NCBI GenBank assembly: GCA_016872215.1
Contig: VHAX01000003.1
Coordinates: 8,820-72,819, forward strand
DNA from: Sphingomonadales bacterium
GTDB taxonomy: Bacteria; Bacteroidota; Bacteroidia; UBA7662
Length of the DNA: 64,000 nt
Reading direction: 5' to 3'
Shown here: one piece after another, positions 9,071 through 18,754 of the stretch
Numbering within the stretch: position 1 is the first letter of the stretch
How the letters are laid out: every line of letters begins with the position of its first letter
The notes under the pieces: generated by a model
What the model was told of the DNA's origin: nothing
The model's input: the letters and a program-made list of their open reading frames with translations, nothing else
Database searches by the model: none
Program-made: the position numbers and the translations under genes

Positions 9071-9952
9071 ATGAATGTCGACCCTCTGGATGTATCGAAA
9101 ATAGGCGACTATACCCCCACTCGGGTAACAGCGCTTAGGCATCAGGTCGACTTGCTAAATCGGCAGCTAGAGCGCATGCTGGAGAACCGGCTGGTGCAGG
9201 AGCGGATGAAGCAAGAGCTGTCACTCGCGGCGCAGGTACAGGGATTTCTGATTCCTGATAGCCTGCCCAATAGTCCAAGCCTATCCATGTCGGCCATTTA
9301 TGTGCCCCACCATGATGTGGGGGGCGATTACTACGACGTGGTTGAGATGGGGCGGGGAAAGTGGCTTTATTGTGTGGCCGATGTAGCTGGTAAGGGTGTG
9401 TCGGCCGCCTTGCTTATGGCTCACCTGCAGGCGAGTATCCGCGCGCTCCTACACGCCTACACCGATTTGCCCACGCTCGTAACCAATGTCAATGATTTGT
9501 TGGGGCACGCCACCCGTTCCGAGCGGTTTGTCACCCTATTTATGGGCACTTTGGATGAGGAAAGTGGGGCCTTGCAGTATGTTTGCGCTGGGCATATTCC
9601 TGCTGTACTCTACAGAAATGGTGTTTTGCAAACGCTCAATAAGGGCACGACCCTATTGGGGATGTTCCAGCCCCTGCCGTTTATGGAACTGGGAACATGT
9701 GTTTTGGAGCCGGGAGATTTGTTGCTGATCTGCACTGACGGGGTGGTGGAAGGTCAAAATGAGAAGCAGGAGCCATTTGGGATGGATCGGCTCGTGGGCA
9801 CTATCTGTGAAACACCAGAATTGAGTCCCGATTTAGTGAACAGCGCTGTTCTCGGTCGACTAATTGCCCACCGGGGGGGGTGGAATTTTGTTGATGACGT
9901 CACCCTCCTTACCATCCGGTATTCCGGAGGCGGTGCCGGAAACGGTGGTTGA
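9071..9952 (+). CDS. PP2C/SpoIIE (RsbU-like) Ser/Thr phosphatase
   Basis: VGGDYYDV, VADVAGKG, GDLLLICTDGVVE and DDVTLL motifs, preceded by a short coiled coil. Confidence 0.92.
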   Translation: MNVDPLDVSKIGDYTPTRVTALRHQVDLLNRQLERMLENRLVQERMKQELSLAAQVQGFLIPDSLPNSPSLSMSAIYVPHHDVGGDYYDVVEMGRGKWLYCVADVAGKGVSAALLMAHLQASIRALLHAYTDLPTLVTNVNDLLGHATRSERFVTLFMGTLDEESGALQYVCAGHIPAVLYRNGVLQTLNKGTTLLGMFQPLPFMELGTCVLEPGDLLLICTDGVVEGQNEKQEPFGMDRLVGTICETPELSPDLVNSAVLGRLIAHRGGWNFVDDVTLLTIRYSGGGAGNGG

Positions 9953-11437
9953 GTCTTTGGTGGGGACTGTGTCGTAGGCAGCGTCGGAGACGAAGGTGGT
10001 GCCGGGGGTAAGACCTGAGCCCTCCTTCACCGGGTGGTAGATTTCCAGTCCAACCATCATGGCCATGAAGCCCCAGAACAGTACCGTAATTTTATCGAAG
10101 TCGAGGTAATTATTGAGTGCGCCATGCGTGAGGTAGGTCACCATACCCAGCAAGGCCATCAGGCAAGTGTAACGTAGATAACCGTCGGATTGGAGGCGGA
10201 AATAGCGCATCCCTCGTTGTATACTGAAAGAAATCAGGAGCAGGAACAGTGCCATGCCTGGCAGCCCCATTTCCACTAATGGGTTGAAATACTCACTGTG
10301 AATGCCCCCTACGTCGGCCTGATTGGTGCTGATGATCGTCTTTTCGCCTGGCTTCTGAAACGGCGCGTACTGAAACATATATGTGCCGGGTCCCCAACCC
10401 ATAAGGGGCCTTTCTTCAAACATCCGGAACCCGCTGGCCCAACGATTCAGGCGCTCCAGATTCGAAGCATCCGTTCGCACATTTGAAATGGAACGAAGGT
10501 GCTTACCGAGGTTATCATGCGAATCTGTTTTGTTGCGCATCAACTTCATCGTGATGTCGGTTTGAAACACAAAAAACAAGGCCACCAACACGCCGGATAA
10601 TCCCAATAACATGCGAAATCTCAACCCAATGCGCAAAAGGATATAAAAAAAGAGCGCCGCTACCGTACCCAGCCAGGCAGCTCGGGTATAACTGAGAATG
10701 AGCCCGACTAAAAAAACAGCGAACAAAATGACAAGGGGAATGAGGAGGGATCGCCTGTTCAGAAATAGCCTTGATTTCACCAGATAAATGGCGAGTGTCG
10801 GGACAAAAAAGGCGACCATGGCCCCATAGATTCCGTGGTTGATCACGAAAGGCTCACTTGCCCAATAGGAGGCCTGTTTGGTGAACCCAAAGGTACTATG
10901 GCGGATTATGCTCCACACAATCAGGAAAGTCAGGGGAATAACATAAAGCCAGATAAATTGGTGCGGCCTGCTGCGGTTTTTGAAAATGAGTAGCGGCAGG
11001 AAGTAGAAGCCTACGCTAAACCAGAGATTCGACAGCAGGAATTTGAATGAAACCAGCGGAATGGAGCTGTTGACCGAGCATAGGAGCATCCAAGCCAGAT
11101 AGGCTATAAGGCTTAGGGTTACAGGGTGGCGAATGGCAGCGGAATCATAGCGACCCTCTATCATTAGTCTGACCCCAAACCACAGCAGTAAGCCTATTAA
11201 GAGAGGTTCGGTTGGGAGCGAAATAGCTGCGCCGAGGGGCTTCACATCCACCAGAATGCTTAGGGGTGTGCAAAATACAATGCCCAAAACAACCCGATCG
11301 GGGTATTGGGAGATGAGATATGCGGCCCACATAGCCACAGGAATCAGCGCCATGAGCCACATTTCGAAAGCTACTGCCGTGGCCATCAGGCCCACAAAGC
11401 CGAGCGAAAGAAACCAAAGGGTATTTCGGGCAAACAT
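9860..11437 (-). CDS. O-antigen ligase/polymerase (Wzy_C) family membrane protein
   Basis: About 12 TM segments, SYTRAAWLG, RLNRW...F.ERPLMGWGPG and IHSEYFNPLVEMG. Start placed at ATG 11437 (MFARNTLW). Confidence 0.85.
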   Translation of the reverse strand: MFARNTLWFLSLGFVGLMATAVAFEMWLMALIPVAMWAAYLISQYPDRVVLGIVFCTPLSILVDVKPLGAAISLPTEPLLIGLLLWFGVRLMIEGRYDSAAIRHPVTLSLIAYLAWMLLCSVNSSIPLVSFKFLLSNLWFSVGFYFLPLLIFKNRSRPHQFIWLYVIPLTFLIVWSIIRHSTFGFTKQASYWASEPFVINHGIYGAMVAFFVPTLAIYLVKSRLFLNRRSLLIPLVILFAVFLVGLILSYTRAAWLGTVAALFFYILLRIGLRFRMLLGLSGVLVALFFVFQTDITMKLMRNKTDSHDNLGKHLRSISNVRTDASNLERLNRWASGFRMFEERPLMGWGPGTYMFQYAPFQKPGEKTIISTNQADVGGIHSEYFNPLVEMGLPGMALFLLLISFSIQRGMRYFRLQSDGYLRYTCLMALLGMVTYLTHGALNNYLDFDKITVLFWGFMAMMVGLEIYHPVKEGSGLTPGTTFVSDAAYDTVPTKDSTTVSGTASGIPDGKEGDVINKIPPPPVGN

Positions 11438-11450
11438 GTTGCACGGCGGT

Positions 11451-12572
11451 TCAAGACCTGCCTTGATGCCACAACTTCCACTGCTCGGCGGCAACGATCA
11501 ACAGCAGGCACAGCAACAAGGTGGAGATAGTGGAAATCAGTACGATCAGGGATCGGAGAGGATAGGTTTTTTTCTCGGCGGGGGCAGCGTCGTTCACGAT
11601 GAACTTCACTGGAAGCACCTCATCTACGTCCACCTGTGCCTGGTCGCGCTTTTGTCTGAGCTTCACCAATTCTTCGTTTTCCTTTTCCATTTGCTCCTTG
11701 AGGCTATTATGGGCACCCCCATAGAGTCCCAGAAGGTTTAATTGCTCTTGCAGGCGTTTGCCGCTGGCTTCATAACCCCGCAAGCGGGCCAGGTTGTTTA
11801 GGACCGCCGTATCGGTAGCGGGCATCTTCATATCCTTATAAACTTCAGCCTTGGCGCGGGCATCGGAAACGCCAGCCATGGCCTGTACAAACAAATCGGT
11901 CGTGTGGTCGATCTGCATGTCGTAATCAAAAATGCCTAGTCCGCGAAGTTGATTAAGGGAGTCGTTGAGCGAACGAATGTAGGTCTCTTTTTTATTGTAT
12001 TGATTATCAACAATTTCAAGAGCTTTGCGGGCCTGTCCGAGCTGTATCGAGTTTTTGGTTTCATCCAAAAGTACGGCGATGTCGTTCGCAATCTGTGCCG
12101 CGATTTCCGGATCGGTATCCAAAACGGAGATTTCGACCGACATATACTCCGTGCGGCGGAATTTGATGTTGCTCTCGTAGCGCTTGTAGAGTTTGGTCTG
12201 GCGAAAAGCATCATCGGCCTTAATCTCGTAATGCTCCATCAATTTATATTTTTCGATGATTCGGTTTCGGATCAGATCGGAGTTCAGCAGCTGCAGAAGT
12301 TGCTCGGCCTCCTCCTCTTCGCCAAACGCCAGCGGGTCGCTGCGATCGTAGGCGTTTTCACTCAGCAGTGCTTTGGAGATGGAGTTGGTGGTGGCCGGAT
12401 ACAGCACCACTGTCGATTTGTAGAGCGGTTTGATGAAGGTTGGACCTGAGAATATGACTGATGTCAGGGTGGCTGTCAACCCGGTGACGATGAGCAGCTT
12501 GCGCCAGCGCATCAGGTACATCCACATGCCCTGACTCGAGAAGGCATCCTTTGATGGGGTCATTTCGGTCAT
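11451..12572 (-). CDS. Wzz/polysaccharide co-polymerase (chain-length determinant)
   Basis: Two TM helices flanking a coiled-coil periplasmic region. PLYKSTVVLY and APAEKKTYPLRSLIV motifs. Confidence 0.82.
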   Translation of the reverse strand: MTEMTPSKDAFSSQGMWMYLMRWRKLLIVTGLTATLTSVIFSGPTFIKPLYKSTVVLYPATTNSISKALLSENAYDRSDPLAFGEEEEAEQLLQLLNSDLIRNRIIEKYKLMEHYEIKADDAFRQTKLYKRYESNIKFRRTEYMSVEISVLDTDPEIAAQIANDIAVLLDETKNSIQLGQARKALEIVDNQYNKKETYIRSLNDSLNQLRGLGIFDYDMQIDHTTDLFVQAMAGVSDARAKAEVYKDMKMPATDTAVLNNLARLRGYEASGKRLQEQLNLLGLYGGAHNSLKEQMEKENEELVKLRQKRDQAQVDVDEVLPVKFIVNDAAPAEKKTYPLRSLIVLISTISTLLLCLLLIVAAEQWKLWHQGRS

Positions 12573-12629
12573 CCGGGTGGGGGTTGGTGGGGAAAAGTAA
12601 ACAACATGCTTTGAGTGCCGCAAAAATAG

Positions 12630-14078
12630 TCAATTGTCGGTTTTATACCCTTTTCTCGAAAACGAGCGCCAAGTGGTAGGCTTGATGCCTTCGGCGGTCA
12701 ACAGCAAGAAGGGCCAAAGGGCGGTTAGTCCCATTCTAAGCACAAGAGGGGTGGAGTGGTTGAAACTTATGGCCGCCCAAATGAACAAGAGGAGGGCGAC
12801 GATTCCGATCCACCAGCGTGGTCCGGCAATGGCCGGCGAAAATTGTCGAAGGCAGACGAAACCCTGGCCAATGCACAGAATGAGGTGGGTGATGAGGGTA
12901 GCCTGAGCTGCGCCCAGAGCCCCCATTTTCGGCATGAGCCAAAGATTCAAGCTAATATTTGCCACAAGAGCCCACAGTGCCAGTCGGTTCAGTGTTTTGA
13001 GTTGACCCGCTGCCGTGAGTAATGTCCCCCACGCATAACTTAGGGATATGGGGATGCAACAAAGGCCGATCCAGAAAAGAATGTCTGTCTGAGAGGGTGA
13101 TTGGTAGCGGTATAAATACCCCATTATTTCATGACGAAAGGCTACCAATCCCCAGGAAAGGCATAGTCCGATAGAGAGCATGAGGTAAGTGATAGATTTA
13201 ATCCACTCCGGTCGAAGTGTGTGGCGCGACCAATGATGGGTGAATTGGGGCAGGAGTATTCCACTCAATAGAATGGGGATCATGTTGGTCGCGTCGAGCA
13301 GCCGATAGGAGGAGGCATACAGGCCGGCTTGGAGTTCTGGATCGGAATGTAGCGCGCGGATCATAACCATGTCCACGCGGGTGTACAAGCCGGCAAGTAA
13401 CCCCAATAGGGCAAAAGGAAGGGCATTTTTCAGTAGTGTTTTTTGTCGCCCCAACGAAAATTCCGGCCACAGTTGTACACCTTTCCTCAACATAAACACC
13501 ATCAGAAGGGTCGGGGTCAGGGTAGCCATCAATTGAATCCAGATGTAGACGGATACGGGTTGACGGCCGCCATAGCTCCATCCCAGCCATACCAAGGGGA
13601 AAGCAGCAGCGATCATCAGCCACTTATCGAGAACACCCATCCAACCATCACGGAGAAAACGCATCTGACCGGCAAAAATCGAACGCAGGAGGAGGTTGAG
13701 CGAGTTCAAGCCTTGCTGAATACCCAACAGAATCAGCCAGTAGATCGACTGCGGCGGGTTATCGAGATAGAATCCGATGGAGAGGGTGCAGAGCATATAC
13801 ACAAGCCAAAGGACTGATTTGAGTCCCACCATCATGGGGAGGTCCTCGAGCGCACTGTCACCCCCACCGGCCACGGCCCGGGTATTGAAATTGGCCAGAC
13901 CCGCGTCCAATATGGCGCTGAGCATGAGCGACAAGCTAAGCAGGGTGTAGTAAGTGCCGTAGATACCGGGCCCCAGCTGATTTTGCAGTTCGCGGTCGAT
14001 CAGCAGAATCCAGATCGGCTTCACCAACAGATTCAAAAAAACCACATAGCTTCCGCTCGTGAGCAGTTGACGGCGCAT
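12630..14078 (-). CDS. Wzx/MATE-like oligosaccharide flippase
   Basis: LNLLVKPIWILLIDRELQNQLG, 12-14 TM segments, LYTRVDMVM and GLYASSYRLLDA. Confidence 0.85.
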   Translation of the reverse strand: MRRQLLTSGSYVVFLNLLVKPIWILLIDRELQNQLGPGIYGTYYTLLSLSLMLSAILDAGLANFNTRAVAGGGDSALEDLPMMVGLKSVLWLVYMLCTLSIGFYLDNPPQSIYWLILLGIQQGLNSLNLLLRSIFAGQMRFLRDGWMGVLDKWLMIAAAFPLVWLGWSYGGRQPVSVYIWIQLMATLTPTLLMVFMLRKGVQLWPEFSLGRQKTLLKNALPFALLGLLAGLYTRVDMVMIRALHSDPELQAGLYASSYRLLDATNMIPILLSGILLPQFTHHWSRHTLRPEWIKSITYLMLSIGLCLSWGLVAFRHEIMGYLYRYQSPSQTDILFWIGLCCIPISLSYAWGTLLTAAGQLKTLNRLALWALVANISLNLWLMPKMGALGAAQATLITHLILCIGQGFVCLRQFSPAIAGPRWWIGIVALLLFIWAAISFNHSTPLVLRMGLTALWPFLLLTAEGIKPTTWRSFSRKGYKTDN

Positions 14079-14125
14079 CCAAACAAAACTGCAAAATAGC
14101 ACGAATTATTGCGGAAATTTGCCGC

Positions 14126-15175
14126 ATGTTTCGGGGTGAGCGTGGTCTATTTTTGGCTTCATGGTTTTTCGGTGGACTCCTCCATTTGTTTTTCCCCCGT
14201 CCGCCGAAAACCCCGAGACGAATACTGCTCATTCGGCTCGACGAAATTGGGGATATGGTCACCACACTGCCTGTGTTCTCCCGCCTTAATTCAGTATATC
14301 CCCATGCAGAAATCACGCTTTGGTGTCGGCCAGCAGTGGCACCCATGATGTGGCCCTCCTCCCATATTCAATGCATCGTGATCGATCGCAGAGAATTGAA
14401 GGGCCGATATGATGTTCTCGTGGATCTCAGGGGCACCTATGAAAGCCTGTACTATGCTTTGTCACATCCAGCCTATCGGGTCGACCGTGGTTCGCATCGA
14501 TTTATCAACCGGCTCATGCACCGCGAGCAGCCCCACGAGGTACACATCAACCAGGTCATCATCGCTCCCCTACTGAGGCGGGCCGGTCAATCCCTGGAGC
14601 CTTTTCAGGCTCCAAGGCTGGAGGTGATGACCAATAATCATGAAAATGCCACTCTTTTTCTGCAAAGGCATGCCATCGAGCGTTTTATGGTCATTCACAC
14701 TGGTGCGCGTTGGGTCTACCGCCGCTGGGCCATCAGTAAATGGGCCGAGCTGGCCGTGGTGATGTACCAACGCTATGGTTGTGAAATCGTATTTGCAGGT
14801 GGATCCGATGATGTGGCCGATATTCGTAAAATCATGCGGATTCTTCCCTTCGAGGCCTATACCTGCGCGGGACAGGCATCGCTTCTTGATTATGCAGCTT
14901 TGGTCTCGAAAGCGGTGTGTATGATCGGTAATGAAAGTGGACCCATGCATATCGCAGCGGCCATGGACGTGCCCGTTATCGCCCTGTTTGGTCCGGGCAT
15001 ACCCTCAGTCTTTGCCCCTTACGGACCAAAATCCCACTTTATACATCACAAACTGCCCTGCAACCCCTGCGCGCAAAAATTTTGTGTGTTGCCCGATAAC
15101 CCCTGTATGAACCGAATTCGTGTTCAGGACGTTTTACAACTTGTGCAAACAATTGACGGGGTCGTGAATGGATAA
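14126..15175 (+). CDS. GT9 family glycosyltransferase (heptosyltransferase-like)
   Basis: ILLIRLDEIGDMVTT, HTGARWVYRRW and IGNESGPMHIAAAMDVPVIALFGP. Confidence 0.92.
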   Translation: MFRGERGLFLASWFFGGLLHLFFPRPPKTPRRILLIRLDEIGDMVTTLPVFSRLNSVYPHAEITLWCRPAVAPMMWPSSHIQCIVIDRRELKGRYDVLVDLRGTYESLYYALSHPAYRVDRGSHRFINRLMHREQPHEVHINQVIIAPLLRRAGQSLEPFQAPRLEVMTNNHENATLFLQRHAIERFMVIHTGARWVYRRWAISKWAELAVVMYQRYGCEIVFAGGSDDVADIRKIMRILPFEAYTCAGQASLLDYAALVSKAVCMIGNESGPMHIAAAMDVPVIALFGPGIPSVFAPYGPKSHFIHHKLPCNPCAQKFCVLPDNPCMNRIRVQDVLQLVQTIDGVVNG

Positions 15176-15209
15176 TTCAATTAGTTTAACAAAAGTAATC
15201 CATCCAATT

Positions 15210-16382
15210 ATGTTGAAGAAATGCGTGGTTTTACTCGGGATGATGGCTGCTGTAGGGTTACGGCCCGTGCGAGCACAAAATGATGTGGTCCTGTCCTTGG
15301 CCGCGGGTCGCGAAGATGCTGAGAAGTTGATGGGGGCCTATTTGGGGCCGTTCGGACAAGCATTCTCGCTTGGGCTAGCGCAGAATTGGAACCAAACCGC
15401 CAAGCCGTTGAAGCTTTTGCGGTTTAACGTGCAGGCCGGACTCAGTTTGGTGGCTATTCCGGGCGATAATCAGTACTTCTACCCCGAAAATCTTGGGCTC
15501 AACAACCTTCGGCCAATCGATGCCCGCGCGACCACACTCGCGGGCCCATCAAATGTAAATACTGCCTATTTGGTACAGGTTTCGGACCCGCTCAATCCAG
15601 GCAATACACTCGTGCTGGACACCCTGAGTGGGTTAACCCCGGGACTGGGATTAGGGCATGTGCCGGCACCTTTTGTGCAACTGAATGTGGGACTGCCGAA
15701 GGGTACGGAGATATCGCTGCGACTACTTCCACGCTCCAGCCTGGACGGCTTGGCGGGCGACATCAGCGCATTGCCCGGGCAACTTCGGGAGAACGGCAAC
15801 CTGACATTTTGGGGTGTCGGCGTCAAGCATAGTTTATCGCAGTACCTGCCCCGTCTGCTAAAGGTAGTCCCCATAGATCTCAGCGCATATGTCAACCATT
15901 GTGTGATTGAGTACAGGCAGGTCGTGCGGATTGCCGGGCCTACGCCGGCTGATTATCCACGCGGAATCAATGGGGTGATTACCGGTTATCGGTATGTAGG
16001 TGGACAATCACCAGCGGATATTACCACACAGGAATTGGTTTTGGGTAGCAATGCTAGTAGCGCGGGAATCATACTTTCTAAGAAAATCGCACTTTTCACC
16101 CCCTACGTGCGGGCGGGACTTATGCGCAGTAGTTTTTCGGTGGCTGCTGACGGACAATATGATGTGCCAACCGCGCTCGTCATTAATAGTCAAAGTTCCG
16201 GAACTCTCATTCAGGAATACAGCAACCTCAACAAACCAGTGGAAATCAAAACCCGGGTCGACAACCTAACCCACTATGGGGTTGGTCTAAGGGTGAAAAT
16301 TCTGGTATTAATGGCCTATGCAGAAATGGTGCAAATGGGTCATTGGACCACCTACAATGCAGGCTTGTCGGTCGGCTTCTGA
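15210..16382 (+). CDS. Putative outer membrane beta-barrel protein (resembles DUF6588 family)
   Basis: Signal peptide, DAEKLMGAYLGPFGQAF, PAPFVQLNVGLPKGTEISLRLLP, WGVGVKHSLSQY and terminal YNAGLSVGF. Confidence 0.6.
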   Translation: MLKKCVVLLGMMAAVGLRPVRAQNDVVLSLAAGREDAEKLMGAYLGPFGQAFSLGLAQNWNQTAKPLKLLRFNVQAGLSLVAIPGDNQYFYPENLGLNNLRPIDARATTLAGPSNVNTAYLVQVSDPLNPGNTLVLDTLSGLTPGLGLGHVPAPFVQLNVGLPKGTEISLRLLPRSSLDGLAGDISALPGQLRENGNLTFWGVGVKHSLSQYLPRLLKVVPIDLSAYVNHCVIEYRQVVRIAGPTPADYPRGINGVITGYRYVGGQSPADITTQELVLGSNASSAGIILSKKIALFTPYVRAGLMRSSFSVAADGQYDVPTALVINSQSSGTLIQEYSNLNKPVEIKTRVDNLTHYGVGLRVKILVLMAYAEMVQMGHWTTYNAGLSVGF

Positions 16383-17527
16383 TTGTCCCAGCTGCCCCCC
16401 ACACTTTTTTTCGTCAATGCGTCCCACAACCCTGCCAAAAGTGCCAGGTTCATCCAAAGAAAGTGTCGTAGATATCGGACGGGACTAACATGAACCCCCC
16501 TGCGCGAAAGGATCAGATCGAGTACCGATAACAAAACCACTGCCCCAGCCGCTATACACACCCATTGGTTGAGGCGAGCTGCCGGGTGGAAGCAGGCGCA
16601 TATACAAAACAAGATGAGTAAGAGCGGGGTCATCCATCGGATGCCCTTGTGCGACCAGAACAGCCAAGCGATGCGCCAGCCACCCCTACCCAGCCACAAC
16701 CATCTGAAATACCAGAGATTCTGAAAATTACCCCTGCCAATTCTTCTTTTTCGTCGGAATTGCACCCCACTGTCGGTCGACAAGCCCAACAGGACACGCG
16801 CCTCTACGGAAAAGAGGGTTTGATAGCCCTGATTCAGCAGATCCGAAAAAGTGAAGAAGTCATCCACAACAAATCCGCGGGGAACAGGCCGAAAAAGATC
16901 TTTTCGGAGCGCATAAGCTGCACCAAATCCGCCGATGACGGTTCCGTAGGCGCTTTCCCCCTCTTTCAAAAGCATTTCGCGTCGGGTATAGGCGAGTTCT
17001 TGTGTGCCCACATCGCCGCCTGGCTCTAAAATGACCTCAGCATGGGCCTGTACGGCACCCACTTTCGGATCGGAAAAGGGTAATACCAATTCTGCCAGAG
17101 TAAACTCGGTGAAAAGGGCATCTGCATCGGTTACTACCAGAATGCTACCCGTTGCCGCCATGGCCAGCTCGTTGATGATGCCAGGCTTGCCCGTCCGTTC
17201 CGCAAACCGCCTCCATCTGAGCTGGGGGTAGGAGGATGAAAGGCGTTCCAGGATGGAGTCGGTCTGATCGGTTGAGGCATCCGAGCCAACCCATACTTCG
17301 ATCTTGTGTTTGGGGTAACGGCATCGAAAAATGGAACGGATTTTATCCTCAAGTACATGCTCTTCATTGTGGGCGGCCATGATTACGCTCACAGTGGGGA
17401 AATCCTCCAGCGGTTCAAATTCTGGGTGTGACCGGGCAGCTGCGCGTTTCATTATCCAGGGAAACAGCAGATAGCTGTAGGCAACAAGCAGCAGACAAAA
17501 CAGGGCAACGGCCGTGCAAAGCATCAT
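16352..17527 (-). CDS. GT2 family glycosyltransferase, membrane-anchored processive-like
   Basis: VSVIMAAHNEE, DASTDQT, VTDAD, VDDF and QFRRKRRI (QxxRW-like), with flanking TM helices. Confidence 0.9.
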   Translation of the reverse strand: MMLCTAVALFCLLLVAYSYLLFPWIMKRAAARSHPEFEPLEDFPTVSVIMAAHNEEHVLEDKIRSIFRCRYPKHKIEVWVGSDASTDQTDSILERLSSSYPQLRWRRFAERTGKPGIINELAMAATGSILVVTDADALFTEFTLAELVLPFSDPKVGAVQAHAEVILEPGGDVGTQELAYTRREMLLKEGESAYGTVIGGFGAAYALRKDLFRPVPRGFVVDDFFTFSDLLNQGYQTLFSVEARVLLGLSTDSGVQFRRKRRIGRGNFQNLWYFRWLWLGRGGWRIAWLFWSHKGIRWMTPLLLILFCICACFHPAARLNQWVCIAAGAVVLLSVLDLILSRRGVHVSPVRYLRHFLWMNLALLAGLWDALTKKSVGGSWDNQKPTDKPAL

Positions 17528-18729
17528 AGGCTGCGCAAATGTCGGTAAAAATCGCTGAGCTTGTGGGTCAGAACCTGGACGCCATAATGAGCGGACACAT
17601 AGCTTCGACCCGCATTACCCAGATCCAGAGCCAGTCGGGGCTGGCTTCGCAGTCTCTCGGCCTGATGCACAAATTCATGGGCATTTTCAGCGGGCAGGTA
17701 GTGAACATCCGCTTTCAAATTCAATCCCTCTACTCCTTTGGCGGTACTGATCATGGGTAGTCCGAGAGTGAGTGCTTCCAGGCTCTTGATCCGAATGCCA
17801 CTGCCGCTGCGGAGTGGCACCACCACCACCGGATGCAGCCTCAGGAATGACTCAGCATCGGGTACAGCCCCGTGCATCATCACCCCTTCAATTTTTTTCT
17901 GCATTAACGTGTTCGGGAAATTTTTGCCTGCTATATGCAACTGCATATCGGGGCATTTTCGATGCAACACAGGCCACCAGGAATCGAGCAAATGATGAAC
18001 CGCTTCCAGGTTGGGTAGCCAATCCAGACTTCCTAAAAATGATAAGTGTTTTAACCGATCAGGTTGTACGGGTTCAGGTTTGGGTCGTGCCGGTATAAAA
18101 CTCCCCAGGATCTCAACGTGCTTCGGGGTGTGGGTTCGAAAAAACTGGGCCGTGGCGTTGCTGATTGCCAAAATGCCGTCGACAGATTGGGCGAGTCGAA
18201 TCTCGAATTCTGCCAATCGATCCGACTGACTCTTTAGATATGCTCTTTTCAGCGGATTCCCGGTGCATGCGGCTAATTCCGACCAAATTTCATGTTCCAC
18301 ATTATGGGCCCTCAGAATAATGGATGCGTCGGAATGTTCGCGGATCAGAGGTAGCCATCCCCCTAAAAATGGGCCTTCCAACTGAATGATGTCGAATGAC
18401 TCCCCAGTCAAAATCCGACGAAGTTCGTGTCCCACAATGGGCTGCATAAATCTGACGCAATGGTACGATTCCTTGGAGTATAGCCAATTGGCAAACATGG
18501 AAAAAGGCATCAGATCTGTGTTGAGGTCAAACGTCCACAAACGATAGCGATTGGAAAATTGCGCAGGCAGGTCATGTACATGAACCCGGTTTCGGCTGGC
18601 GTTCGGTGAAAATAGTCGAACGGCACAGGGAATCTGCTCCTGTAGATCCAACATGGCCTGAACGGCAAGGCTGCCTCCATCATGTAGGGGGAATGGGATA
18701 CGGTTTGTGATCTGCAGAATCCTGAACAC
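17524..18729 (-). CDS. GT4 family glycosyltransferase
   Basis: FLGSLDWLPN, VVPLRSGSGIRIKSLEALTLGLPMIST. Confidence 0.9.
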   Translation of the reverse strand: MFRILQITNRIPFPLHDGGSLAVQAMLDLQEQIPCAVRLFSPNASRNRVHVHDLPAQFSNRYRLWTFDLNTDLMPFSMFANWLYSKESYHCVRFMQPIVGHELRRILTGESFDIIQLEGPFLGGWLPLIREHSDASIILRAHNVEHEIWSELAACTGNPLKRAYLKSQSDRLAEFEIRLAQSVDGILAISNATAQFFRTHTPKHVEILGSFIPARPKPEPVQPDRLKHLSFLGSLDWLPNLEAVHHLLDSWWPVLHRKCPDMQLHIAGKNFPNTLMQKKIEGVMMHGAVPDAESFLRLHPVVVVPLRSGSGIRIKSLEALTLGLPMISTAKGVEGLNLKADVHYLPAENAHEFVHQAERLRSQPRLALDLGNAGRSYVSAHYGVQVLTHKLSDFYRHLRSL

Positions 18730-18754
18730 TGGTTGGTTTACGCTTGGGTTGTAG

